Positions 10,615 to 20,457 of a DNA stretch of 64,000 nt are shown here, in pieces (position 1 is the first letter of the stretch; every line of letters begins with the position of its first letter). The stretch comes from Geopsychrobacteraceae bacterium (GTDB lineage: Bacteria; Desulfobacterota; Desulfuromonadia; Desulfuromonadales; Geopsychrobacteraceae). Made by a program: the position numbers and the translations under genes. The stretch lies in NCBI GenBank assembly GCA_963662315.1, contig OY759353.1, positions 1,504,001-1,568,000 on the forward strand. Direction: 5' to 3'. A model generated the notes under the pieces. That model did no database searches. It saw only the letters and a list, made by a program, of their open reading frames with translations, and was not told the origin of the DNA.

Positions 10615-12684
10615 CTAAGCCTCAACAACGGGATCTCTGCTCTGACGGTTCACCATAAACACGACAACCAGTAGCAATAAACCAGCCACATGCACATACC
10701 AAACGACCGGCCAAAGCAACAGACCAGCAGCAGCCAGAGACAGCAAGCGCGGCAGAATACTGAGTTTTGACTCCATAAAACCTTCGATTCCGGAGGCAAA
10801 CGCATACAGGCCGAAAAAGGCAAAGAAGAAGATCTGCAGATCACCGATTAAAGTCCCACCGATAAATGGAGTATAGGCAAATAGCAGCGGGACAACGTAA
10901 AGTCCCTTAGCCAGTTTCCACGACTGTAGTCCTGTCGCCATCGGTTTGGTTCCGGCAATGGCGGCACCGGTAAAAGCGGCCAAGGCAACAGGAGGAGTGA
11001 CATTTGAATCTTGGCTCAACCAAAAGACGATGAGGTGTGCTGATAGTAGCGCAAAGGTCAAGGTATGTTCACTCAGCACGGCTTCCCGAACCATACTGGC
11101 CATATCGACAGGGATCGCATCAACCAGAGCGCGGGCTGCGGCAGTTGTCATCGGATGACCAATATCGGCAAACCGTTCAGGAACCGCGAGCATAAATATG
11201 GCTTTTGCCGTTTCAGGGATCTGACCATCCGCTAAAGCCTGGACCAACAAGCCATCCGCGATCAAGCCATGCAAAGCCGGAGCGGACAAGGTGCCTAGCA
11301 CAATATAAGCAGCGGTAACCGGGAGTCCCATACCAAGCACCAGGGACGCCAGGGCAATCAGGATAATTGCAATAACCAGACTGTGCCCCGCCCACTCATT
11401 AATCATCAAAGAAAAAGTATTGCCGATACCGGCCGTCGCGATAACATTGACTATCAAACCAACCGAACAGAGAAGGATGGCCGTCATGACCATATTGCGC
11501 GCGCCTAAAGCCATCGCTTCAATGATCGCCTTGATGCCCATCTTATTTTTGGTGAACCATGATGCCACCACCACGGCAATAATGCTGATACCACCGGCAT
11601 AAGTCGGGGTAAAACCGTAAATCAGCAGGCCGATCAGAACACTGATCGGAACAATAAAGACGATCCCCCCTTTTTTCAGGACCTCTGCCGCCGAAACTTT
11701 TTCCGTATCCATCGCCGTCACAAAGCTGCGCTTGGCTTCAATACGGACAAAGAAGGCTACCGTAGCGAAATAAAGAATTGCCGGTAGAATGCTGACCAGG
11801 ACAATAGTGTTGTAGGATATCTGGGTATAGGTCGCCATGACAAAAGCTCCCGCCCCCATGATCGGCGGCATCAGCTGACCTCCGGTAGAGGCTGCGGCTT
11901 CAGTGCCGGCGGCAAAGGTAGCGGGGAAACCGGCACGTTTCATGAGCGGAATGGTAATAACCCCGGTTGACGCCGTATTGGCCACCGCCGAACCGGAAAT
12001 CGTCCCCATCAGTCCTGAAGCAAGGACAGCAACCAATCCTGGCCCGCCTACCATTCTGCCAGCCACGGCGCGGGCCAGGTCGATAACAAATTCCCCCGCC
12101 CCAGAGTGCAGCAAAAAAGCGCCGAACAGAATAAACATAAAGACATAGGTCGAAGAGATAAGCGCAATGGTACCGAACAACGCATCGTCGCCATAAACGC
12201 TGCGGAACAGGATGGTTTCAGCGGAAAGGCCGGCAAACTTGAAAACCCCTGGAATTTCCGTTCCCCACCAGCCAACATAACTTAAAGCAATGAGAATCAG
12301 AACCGGGATAAACCAGCCAGCTACGCGGCGGGTAAATTCAAGAGCACTGAGGATCAGGACGATACCGGCAATCCATTCCGCCTGGTCCAGGCGTACGCCA
12401 CGCGCATAGATCGCATCCTCCATGGCTATCATATAGATCGCCGAACCGGCAGCGGCACAACCAAGGATCAGGTCAGGAATACGCCAGGCCAGGGTCGGGT
12501 CTTTCCGCATCGGATAAACCCAGGCCGCGATCAGGGCGAAGCCGGAAAAATGCAGGGAGTTCTGCCACAGAGAAGGGAGTAAGGAAAACACATTGAACCA
12601 GATATGCAACGAAGAGACAGCTACTCCGAGTATTAATATCACCTTGGATTCAGGTTTAAACAGACTGGTTTCTTCGGTAGACAT
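10615..12684 (-). CDS. TRAP transporter 4TM/12TM fused permease (TAXI-associated)
   Basis: GTISGSAVAN, ASTGGQLMPPIMGAGAF, GMGLPVTAAY, TPPVALAA. Confidence 0.93.
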   Translation of the reverse strand: MSTEETSLFKPESKVILILGVAVSSLHIWFNVFSLLPSLWQNSLHFSGFALIAAWVYPMRKDPTLAWRIPDLILGCAAAGSAIYMIAMEDAIYARGVRLDQAEWIAGIVLILSALEFTRRVAGWFIPVLILIALSYVGWWGTEIPGVFKFAGLSAETILFRSVYGDDALFGTIALISSTYVFMFILFGAFLLHSGAGEFVIDLARAVAGRMVGGPGLVAVLASGLMGTISGSAVANTASTGVITIPLMKRAGFPATFAAGTEAAASTGGQLMPPIMGAGAFVMATYTQISYNTIVLVSILPAILYFATVAFFVRIEAKRSFVTAMDTEKVSAAEVLKKGGIVFIVPISVLIGLLIYGFTPTYAGGISIIAVVVASWFTKNKMGIKAIIEAMALGARNMVMTAILLCSVGLIVNVIATAGIGNTFSLMINEWAGHSLVIAIILIALASLVLGMGLPVTAAYIVLGTLSAPALHGLIADGLLVQALADGQIPETAKAIFMLAVPERFADIGHPMTTAAARALVDAIPVDMASMVREAVLSEHTLTFALLSAHLIVFWLSQDSNVTPPVALAAFTGAAIAGTKPMATGLQSWKLAKGLYVVPLLFAYTPFIGGTLIGDLQIFFFAFFGLYAFASGIEGFMESKLSILPRLLSLAAAGLLLWPVVWYVHVAGLLLLVVVFMVNRQSRDPVVEA

Positions 12685-12776
12685 AAATAATCGACTCCAT
12701 CATAGACAGTGCTGAGGTACAAACAAGATACGGCCACCCCGTAACAGAGTGGCCGTATTAGAGCATGCGGACCTGA

Positions 12777-13802
12777 TTACTTGGCGATCAGCCGATCTGG
12801 AACCTTGATGCCAACCTCCTGATAATACTTCAGAGCCCCCGGATGTAACGGCAGCGGCAAACCGGAGATAGCTTTTTCAATGGACATCGCCTTGGTCGCG
12901 CCATGAATCGCTTTCAGGAATGCTAGATTTTCATAGATCGTCTTGGTGATTTTATAGACAGCATCCTCATCGACATCTGCACGGACAGACAGAAAATTCG
13001 GCTGAGCAATGGTATTAATCGGTTTTTTCTGGCCAGGATAGGTATCTGCAGGGATTACGTAACGGGTCCACAGATCAAGACCTCCGTTGGCCTTCTCCAT
13101 CTGTTCATCAGTGAAATCGAGGACAACCATGCCGTCACCCATGTTGGCCATCCCCTTGGTAATGGCACTTGCTGGAACCCCGGCAGGAATCCCGAATCCG
13201 GAAATCTGACCGTTCTGCATGGCATCGACAGTCGGCCCGTAGCCGACATAGATCAGCTTGAAATCGGTGTAGATGTCGATACCAAGGTTTTTGAGAATCA
13301 CCTCGTTGGAACCGATCGTCCCGGAGTTCTTGCTACCCATCGACAGGGTCTCACCTTTCATAGTGACCATATCGGCGATCGTCCCTGTTTTAGCAAACTT
13401 CTTGAGAACCCCGAAATGTTCAACGTTCTGCCAGAGCATTGTGATGGAACGCAAATTTTTCTGAGGCCCCTCATTGGCTATCGGGCCGGTTCCATTCCAG
13501 GCATAGGCCCCAAAGAGGCCCTGCAGAATCGAAAATTGTACCTCGTTATCGCGCATCAGCTTGATGTTCTCCCCGGAGCCGGCGGAATTAATAGCGGACA
13601 TGCCGATCTTCTCGGTGGGCTGCAACTTGACTTTGACCAGAGTTGACAGAGCAACCCCGACCGGATAGTAAGTCCCCCCGGTGGACGCGGTGGCCATAAG
13701 GTAATTGCGCTCTGTGGGGGCTGCATAAACGCTAAAACACGAGACAACAAAGAGTATCAGTGCAACAATCGTCAGGTTTCTAAGTCGCTTCACTATCGGC
13801 AT
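12777..13802 (-). CDS. TAXI-family TRAP solute receptor
   Basis: Signal peptide; ATASTGGTYYPVG, GSGEN, PLHPGALKYY. Confidence 0.93.
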   Translation of the reverse strand: MPIVKRLRNLTIVALILFVVSCFSVYAAPTERNYLMATASTGGTYYPVGVALSTLVKVKLQPTEKIGMSAINSAGSGENIKLMRDNEVQFSILQGLFGAYAWNGTGPIANEGPQKNLRSITMLWQNVEHFGVLKKFAKTGTIADMVTMKGETLSMGSKNSGTIGSNEVILKNLGIDIYTDFKLIYVGYGPTVDAMQNGQISGFGIPAGVPASAITKGMANMGDGMVVLDFTDEQMEKANGGLDLWTRYVIPADTYPGQKKPINTIAQPNFLSVRADVDEDAVYKITKTIYENLAFLKAIHGATKAMSIEKAISGLPLPLHPGALKYYQEVGIKVPDRLIAK

Positions 13803-13961
13803 CGCTTTTCTCCTTATCAGTTAAGTGATTAAGCAGACAGGAACTGCGTATACGCAGGTGAAAAACGTGATATATCAAATCATACCTATTAAATGTAACA
13901 TAGTTATATAATTTAAAAACCACCGGGACTGAAATAATCCTTCTTTTGGAACATCGCAATC

Positions 13962-13996
13962 AAAAAAAAATCCGCAGAAGCACGGCTCCTGCGGAT
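13962..13996 (-). terminator. Intrinsic terminator separating the two TAXI-TRAP units
   Basis: Minus strand ATCCGCAGGAGC-cgt-GCTTCTGCGGAT followed by a T run. Confidence 0.75.
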
Positions 13997-14040
13997 CAGT
14001 TGGAACAAATATAACGGTAAGTATTCAGAAGGAAAACAAC

Positions 14041-15933
14041 TTAGGCCTGCTTCAGAAAAGGCTGCTGAGCCTTCTTGAAAGCAGAATCTCTCACGATCAA
14101 CAGAATAACAATGGCAATGCCAAACACCATCCCGGTTAACCGAATTGGCCAGGATGGAAAGAAACATAAACAGCCGGTGGCAACCATAAGGACCTGGCTC
14201 CAGGTCGCTAGCTTAGATTGGAAATAGCCGGCAAAACCGACCGACAATAAATACGCCGCGACAAGAGAGGAACAGATAACACCGGCAATTTCAAACCAGC
14301 TCCCTTGCATCAAAAGCACAGAGTCATAAGCAAAAGCAAAGGGAACAATAAAAGCAACCACACCAATGCGCATCGCAGTCACGGCGATCTTCATCGGATT
14401 ATCACCGGCAATGGTTCCCGCAGCGAATGATGCCAGGGCAACCGGTGGTGTCATGTTCGACAACACAGCGAAGTAGAAAACAAACAGGTGTGCGTTTAGG
14501 GGCTCAAACCCAAGCTTGGTCAGACTACTGACGCCCAGGGCTGCAGCAATGATATAGGCAGAGGTGGTCGGCAGCCCCATGCCGAAAACAACGGCCAACA
14601 GAGCAATCAGGATCAGAGCCAGGAAGCTTGAGCTACCTGACATAGCGGAAATCAAGGCTCCAATTTTAAACCCGATACCAGTCAGCGCGATAGAACCGAT
14701 AACAATACCAGCCGAAGCACAGGCTATGGCGATAACCGGCACCGATTTGCCCGCCATGATCAGAGCTTCAACCAGACGTTTTGGCCCCATCTGGCAACCA
14801 CGGTTGAGCAGCGACACGGCCCAGGCCAGAATAACACCGATCAAACCAGCCAGCATCGGAGTTTTCCCCATCAACAACGCCACAACCAGCACCAGAATCG
14901 GCAACAGCAGGAAACTGCGCTTAAAAACATGAGACCAGCGTGGCAGCTCTTCTTCCTTGAGACCGACAAAACCATCACGCTTTGCAACATAATGAATCAT
15001 CAGCAAGGCGGTGCCATAGTACAGCAGTGCCGGTAGCAACGCAGCGATCATAATGACCTTGTATTCAACCCCAAGATAAGCTGACATGACAAAGGCACCG
15101 GCCCCCATCAATGGTGGCATCAACTGACCACCGGTGGACGCCATGGTCTCAATACCACCAGCTAAGTGAGGTTTGAAACCGGTACGCTTCATCATTGGAA
15201 TGGTAAAGTTACCGGTTGAATACACATTGGCTACCGCAGAACCAGAAATAGAGCCAAACAGACACGAACTGACGACAGCAATTTTAGCCGGCCCACCGAT
15301 GGACTTTCCGGCGATACGCGAGGAGAATTCCATGAACCAGGGGCCGACCCCACTGACTTCAAGGAAGGCTCCGAAAATCAGGAAAATGACAACATAGGTC
15401 GATGAAACACCAAGAGGCATAGAAAAAATACCATCTTGAGTCAGGAACAATGACTCGACCACTTCACGCAAAGTGAAAACCTCGCCACGCAGCATCCCCG
15501 GGAAATACTCACCGAACAGCATGTAGACGGCAAAGAAACTGGCGATAATGGTTAGTGGCCAGCCAAGCAAACGCCGGGTTGCTTCGATCAGCAAGACAAC
15601 AAGAATGACCCCAAGCACCAGCTGCGTATCGGTAACCGGATCGATCTGGGCAGTCCGGAATAGAATTTCTTCAACATTCACAATAGCGTAAACGCCAGGG
15701 GCCAATGAGATCAGAGCCAGCAGATAGTCATAGAACGGAACCCTGTTCGTTGGTGACTTGTTACTAAACGGCCAGTAGATAAAAGCAATGGGAAAAACCC
15801 AGCTCAGGTGCATCATGCGTTGCATCCAAGCTTCAAGCACGCCGAATGCTGCTGTATAAAGGTGAAAACAAACGCCCAGAATCAGCCAGGCACCAAGAAT
15901 GTAATTCAGGACTTTATTGTCAAATTCCCTCAT
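14041..15933 (-). CDS. TRAP transporter 4TM/12TM fused permease (TAXI-associated)
   Basis: GSISGSAVAN, ASTGGQLMPPLMGAGAF, GMGLPTTSAY, TPPVALA. Confidence 0.93.
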   Translation of the reverse strand: MREFDNKVLNYILGAWLILGVCFHLYTAAFGVLEAWMQRMMHLSWVFPIAFIYWPFSNKSPTNRVPFYDYLLALISLAPGVYAIVNVEEILFRTAQIDPVTDTQLVLGVILVVLLIEATRRLLGWPLTIIASFFAVYMLFGEYFPGMLRGEVFTLREVVESLFLTQDGIFSMPLGVSSTYVVIFLIFGAFLEVSGVGPWFMEFSSRIAGKSIGGPAKIAVVSSCLFGSISGSAVANVYSTGNFTIPMMKRTGFKPHLAGGIETMASTGGQLMPPLMGAGAFVMSAYLGVEYKVIMIAALLPALLYYGTALLMIHYVAKRDGFVGLKEEELPRWSHVFKRSFLLLPILVLVVALLMGKTPMLAGLIGVILAWAVSLLNRGCQMGPKRLVEALIMAGKSVPVIAIACASAGIVIGSIALTGIGFKIGALISAMSGSSSFLALILIALLAVVFGMGLPTTSAYIIAAALGVSSLTKLGFEPLNAHLFVFYFAVLSNMTPPVALASFAAGTIAGDNPMKIAVTAMRIGVVAFIVPFAFAYDSVLLMQGSWFEIAGVICSSLVAAYLLSVGFAGYFQSKLATWSQVLMVATGCLCFFPSWPIRLTGMVFGIAIVILLIVRDSAFKKAQQPFLKQA

Positions 15934-15990
15934 CAGGAACTCCTTACTTCGAAAAACCGGGGCCAGGAGGCCCCGGACGGATCATGTCTA

Positions 15991-16944
15991 TTATTTATGA
16001 GCTTCAAAATATGCTTTAGCCGCAGGATGCATCGGTAACTTTTTGGCAATGGCGCTTTCAGCAGAGAAATCAGCGAAGTCCTTGATGGTTGTTCCCAAGT
16101 TGTCTTTGTTCTCAAGAATCGTTGCAGCCATTTTGGTTACGACATCATCAGGCAGGTTTTTACGAACAACACAGACAGTAAAATCACCGACGGTCGGAAC
16201 TTTTTCTTTGACACTTTTGTAAATACCAGGCTCAACGTAGTGCGTACCGGTTCCATAAGCATCGCTTAAGGCGGTAAGAGCCTGATCATCGACCGGCAGG
16301 ATAACAATTTCAGTCTGGCTTTCGATATTCATGATGATCGAAGCAATTTTACCAACCGAGAAAGCAAACATGTCAATGTGGTTATCGGCAATCAGGCCAG
16401 CACCGTCAGAATAGGAAGCGAATTCAACCTTGCCGCCGTTCTCTTTGATTTTTTTCCAGTCGGTGCCATAACCAAGGTCGAGCAGAGAGCTGACCACAAA
16501 CTCAGAAGAGGACCCCGGCTTCAGACTGGCAATTCTCAGTTTTTCTACCGCCAGTGCGTCCTTCAGGGTCTTAATATTGTTGGCTTCGACAAAATCTTTA
16601 CGGGCAATGAAGTAAGTGATTTGCGGATAGAGGTTGGCCAGCACTACGGCATTTTGCACTGGCTCCTTGAATTTCCCTTTTCCTTTGGTTGCAGCACCAA
16701 GCAGTGAACCAACGGTGAAACCAAGGTCAGCCTTGTCTCGGTCAACGTTGACAACGTTCGAGACACCGCCACCAGTAGAACTTGAGGTGTTCATTCCGGC
16801 TTTACTGAAGTAGGAACTGATAGCACCACCCAGAACAAACCAGTTGCCTCCTTGTGGGCCAGAGACAAAACGATAGTTGGCGGCAACCGCCAGGGTCGGC
16901 ACAAGAACCAGCAAGATGACGAGAGTTGACAGGAAACGTTTCAT
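15991..16944 (-). CDS. TAXI-family TRAP solute receptor
   Basis: Signal peptide (AVA); SGPQGGNWFVLG, GGVSN, LPMHPAAKAYF. Confidence 0.88.
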   Translation of the reverse strand: MKRFLSTLVILLVLVPTLAVAANYRFVSGPQGGNWFVLGGAISSYFSKAGMNTSSSTGGGVSNVVNVDRDKADLGFTVGSLLGAATKGKGKFKEPVQNAVVLANLYPQITYFIARKDFVEANNIKTLKDALAVEKLRIASLKPGSSSEFVVSSLLDLGYGTDWKKIKENGGKVEFASYSDGAGLIADNHIDMFAFSVGKIASIIMNIESQTEIVILPVDDQALTALSDAYGTGTHYVEPGIYKSVKEKVPTVGDFTVCVVRKNLPDDVVTKMAATILENKDNLGTTIKDFADFSAESAIAKKLPMHPAAKAYFEAHK

Positions 16945-17171
16945 ACTTTTCTCCTTAATCCGATTTCAGCTTGGGATGAAGCACGCATAACGTGCAGTTA
17001 ACAAGGGCAAGCAACTGCAGCTAGGTTAAGCCTCACAGTTACTTCGCTATATAATTGCTTATGAATCGCCGAGGAACGGGAGAAGGACGTGGTCGCGAAG
17101 AGCTGGACAGATTCACGCCGTGGCAGAAAGGTCTGGCGACTCCCGGTAGAGTTGATTCGGAAATTAACTAT

Positions 17172-17187
17172 TACAAAGGGCGTGCCA
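17172..17187 (-). promoter_or_regulatory. sigma54 (-24/-12) promoter of the TAXI-TRAP operon
   Basis: Minus strand TGGCACG-ccct-TTGTA: perfect -24 element, -12 is GT instead of GC; lies directly downstream of dctD. Confidence 0.6.
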
Positions 17188-17240
17188 GCTTGACGGAGGC
17201 TTTTAATACGGGGTTTTACCAAGCAGAAAGGGAAATTTTG

Positions 17241-17288
17241 AGCAAAATCTTGCCGACCTCAAAACACCCACAGGCAAAATCTTGCCGA
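17241..17288. promoter_or_regulatory. Tandem enhancer (UAS) sites, probably for DctD
   Basis: Exact 15-bp repeat GCAAAATCTTGCCGA at 17242 and 17274, 32 bp apart; the second copy forms the palindrome GGCAA-N4-TTGCC. Confidence 0.65.
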
Positions 17289-17299
17289 TGGGCGCATAA

Positions 17300-18676
17300 T
17301 TACATGAAGTCTTTCCGATCAAGTCCAAAACGCGACATTTTTTCATTCAGCGTTCGGCGTGGCAGGTCGAGCTCTTCCATAACCGCCTGGATATCCCCAT
17401 GGTGTCGATTCAGGGCCTGTTCCAGCAATAGCCGCTCGTGCTGGCGCAACTGGTCCTGCAAAGAGAGCGAATTGTTACCTGCTCCCTCTTTGAGAGGCTG
17501 CTGCAGAATTTCCCCCAGGCGCTGGTCCTGGGGCAGAGAGGAAAGCACGTAACGTTCAGCGATATTCTTCAGTTCGCGGATATTCCCCGGCCACTCATGT
17601 GACAGTAGCAGGCCAAGGTCCCGACTGTGCAAGACAACTTCAGGTCGGCGGTAATCCGTTGCCGCAAGCCCCGCAAAATAGTCAAACAGCAAGGGGATGT
17701 CCTCTTTGCGCTTGCGCAATGGCGGGACCCGTAATTCAACGACATTAATCCGGTAGTACAAATCTTCGCGAAAATTACCCGCAGCGCACTCAGCTAGCAG
17801 GTCATGATTGGCCGCGCAGATCAAACGCAAATCGAGCGGCTGCGTTTCATTGCTGCCAATCCGGGTTATTTCCCGTTCCTGCAGCGCGCGTAAAACCTTC
17901 ACCTGCAGAGCTAACGGCATGCTGCCTATTTCATCAAGAAACAACGAGCCGCCGTGGGCATATTCAAAGCGCCCGATGCGCCTCTGATCCGCCCCGGTAA
18001 ATGACCCTTTCTCGTGGCCGAACAGCTCTGATTCAAAAACCGTTTCGGGAATAGCGCCACAGTTGACCGCGACAAACCGCCCTTTACAGCGGGAGCCAAA
18101 CTCATGCAAACAGCGGGCGACAATTTCTTTACCGGTACCTGTTTCCCCCAAGATCAATACTGGGGCATCGGTTGCGGCGATATCCATGATTTCATCACGC
18201 AAACGCCTGATCGCGTCACTGTTACCAATCAATTTATGCTCGATATCCGTACCATTGCCAGCCAGTTTCTCTTTTAAGGCACGATTTTCCATCACCAGCT
18301 GGCGCTTTTCACTGGCCCGGTCGACGACCTCCAACAAGCGCTCCGGCTCGAACGGTTTTTCAATAAAATCGTACGCCCCGGCACGCATGGCACTGACCGC
18401 CAAATCAACTGCGCCGTGAGCAGTGATCAGGACAACAGGAATATCGGGGTCCAAAGCATTGATACTGGCCAGAAATTCCATGCCATCCATCCTCGGCATT
18501 CTGACATCGGTCACGACAACTCCGGTGAACCCCGGGGTCAGTGCCTCCAGGGCACTACGGGCATCAGCAAAGCTGAGCACCTTGTAATCGCACAATTCCA
18601 GCCATTGTGCTGTGGCCACACGCAAATCATTGTCATCATCAACCAGCAACAGAAGCTTTTCATTCGTGTATTTCAT
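17300..18676 (-). CDS. dctD: C4-dicarboxylate transport sigma54 response regulator DctD
   Basis: REC (TDVRMP), GETGTGKE, GSFTGA, WPGNIRE; C-terminal LPRRTLNEKM is DctD-like; translationally coupled to dctB. Confidence 0.85.
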   Translation of the reverse strand: MKYTNEKLLLLVDDDNDLRVATAQWLELCDYKVLSFADARSALEALTPGFTGVVVTDVRMPRMDGMEFLASINALDPDIPVVLITAHGAVDLAVSAMRAGAYDFIEKPFEPERLLEVVDRASEKRQLVMENRALKEKLAGNGTDIEHKLIGNSDAIRRLRDEIMDIAATDAPVLILGETGTGKEIVARCLHEFGSRCKGRFVAVNCGAIPETVFESELFGHEKGSFTGADQRRIGRFEYAHGGSLFLDEIGSMPLALQVKVLRALQEREITRIGSNETQPLDLRLICAANHDLLAECAAGNFREDLYYRINVVELRVPPLRKRKEDIPLLFDYFAGLAATDYRRPEVVLHSRDLGLLLSHEWPGNIRELKNIAERYVLSSLPQDQRLGEILQQPLKEGAGNNSLSLQDQLRQHERLLLEQALNRHHGDIQAVMEELDLPRRTLNEKMSRFGLDRKDFM

Positions 18677-20442
18677 AAGCCATTATCCTGCCCCGCCATA
18701 GGTAATCTCACTTGCATACAGGCTCCACCTTCCCCGGGATTGTGTGCCTTGATAGTTCCCCCCAGATCGGAAATGATCCGGTAGGTTATCGACAGCCCCA
18801 ACCCCAGTCCTTCCCCGACATCTTTAGTCGTTACAAAGGGGGTAAAAATATCGTCAATCACGTCAGCACCAATACCAGGACCATTATCTTTGACACTGAT
18901 AACCGCCTCACCGTTTTCGGTTGTCATAGCCACCATCACCTGTTTATGGTCCCGGCCACGCATCGCATCGACGGCATTGGTAACCAGGTTGACCAGAACC
19001 TGTTTAATCTTACTGCGCTCAGCATAAACAATCAGAGGCTCTGACAAACAATCCTTGTGCAGCGCAACCTCATGCTCTTTGAGCAATGGCTGCACCATAA
19101 TCACCACATCGTCAAGACAATCCTGTAAGCAGACTTTTTCTTTGAGCTTTGGTGATTTATGGGCGAATGATTTCAGCTGAGTGGTAATGGATGCCATATG
19201 CTCAGTGATTCTGGCAATCGCCTTCAATGTTTCAGCGGCCTTATCTGGCTGATCACGCTCAAGCAGTAAGCGGCAACTGGCCGCATGGGTACGAATTGCA
19301 GCTATCGGCTGATTCAGCTCATGGACAATACCCGCAGCCATATGTCCCAGAGCGGCCAGCTTGCCGGTTTGCACCAGTTCATTCTGGGCCTCCCGCAGCG
19401 CTTTTTCAGTCTTGACCCGCTCATCAATTTCAGCCTGCAGACGAATATTGACCTTACGCATGACTTCGGCTTCCTTGGCCTTGCGTCGTGACATCTTTTT
19501 CTGGCTGCGCTCCCGCAGGTACATACCGGTGGCAAGGAATAATAACGACAGGACAGTACCGATGATCAGCACCGATTTCTGCCGCTCTTCGGCCACTTCC
19601 AGGGGGAGCAGCTGATGAATATGCCAGCCCCGCTCTACAAGTTCACGAGAGAGCACCAGATAGTTCTTACGCCCCATGCGAACCAGTTGCTGCCCTTCAC
19701 CCAAAGTACGGATTTTGCTGAACGGTAGTAAAGACAGATCATGATTGCCATATTGCTTGGTTGCCAGGATACTCTCTATCTGATCAGCAGTAAGTGGTGT
19801 CATGGTGCGATAGCGCCAATCGTTACGGCTCGATAAAAACACCACGCCATTAATATCGGTAACCAGTACCGTCTCTCCCCCTTCATGCCAATCATCCTGC
19901 AAGGGCGCCAGATCCACCTTAACGACAACAGCTCCGGCAAAAACGTCTTCAATCGCAACCGGATAAGACATGAAGTACCCTGGCTGACCTGTCGTTGCGC
20001 CGATACCAAAGTACCAACCACGATGCCCCGCCTTGGCAGACAGGAAATAAGGGCGAAAACCATAATTCTGCCCTGTATACGTCAAGGGTTCACGCCAGTT
20101 ACTGGCCGCCAAAGTATTCCCATTGACATCCATTACGTATAACGCTTCAGAACCAGCCTCCAAATTGAGGGACTCGAGATAATAATTGGTCCCATCGATA
20201 GTACCATTTCCGGCCAGCAGTCCCCTGACCTCATTACTGCGAGACAGGACAAAAGGCAGGTATGCATAGCGACTGAGGGCGGCCCGCAGAGTCCGTATGT
20301 AAAGAGTGACCCGGTCACCACCCGTTTCAATCTGGTTTTCAACCGCGTCATTGTAAGTCCAACGCGCTGCGGACCAGACCAATACACTCACCAGCAGAAT
20401 ACCGATAACTGCGAGTCCAATTGTTTTGTTTAAAGGTCGCAT
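18673..20442 (-). CDS. dctB: C4-dicarboxylate sensor histidine kinase DctB
   Basis: Two TMs, Cache-type sensor (AASNW...YGFRPYF...GIGATTGQPGYF), HELNQP, GLGLGL. ATG 20442 chosen as start (TTG 20454 is an alternative). Confidence 0.88.
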   Translation of the reverse strand: MRPLNKTIGLAVIGILLVSVLVWSAARWTYNDAVENQIETGGDRVTLYIRTLRAALSRYAYLPFVLSRSNEVRGLLAGNGTIDGTNYYLESLNLEAGSEALYVMDVNGNTLAASNWREPLTYTGQNYGFRPYFLSAKAGHRGWYFGIGATTGQPGYFMSYPVAIEDVFAGAVVVKVDLAPLQDDWHEGGETVLVTDINGVVFLSSRNDWRYRTMTPLTADQIESILATKQYGNHDLSLLPFSKIRTLGEGQQLVRMGRKNYLVLSRELVERGWHIHQLLPLEVAEERQKSVLIIGTVLSLLFLATGMYLRERSQKKMSRRKAKEAEVMRKVNIRLQAEIDERVKTEKALREAQNELVQTGKLAALGHMAAGIVHELNQPIAAIRTHAASCRLLLERDQPDKAAETLKAIARITEHMASITTQLKSFAHKSPKLKEKVCLQDCLDDVVIMVQPLLKEHEVALHKDCLSEPLIVYAERSKIKQVLVNLVTNAVDAMRGRDHKQVMVAMTTENGEAVISVKDNGPGIGADVIDDIFTPFVTTKDVGEGLGLGLSITYRIISDLGGTIKAHNPGEGGACMQVRLPMAGQDNGL

Positions 20443-20457
20443 ACTTACCTTCAAAAT

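Noticed and set aside
17055..17552. 165-aa plus-strand ORF overlapping the dctD 3' end
   Set aside because: It overlaps the promoter/UAS and dctD antisense and has no recognisable protein features.
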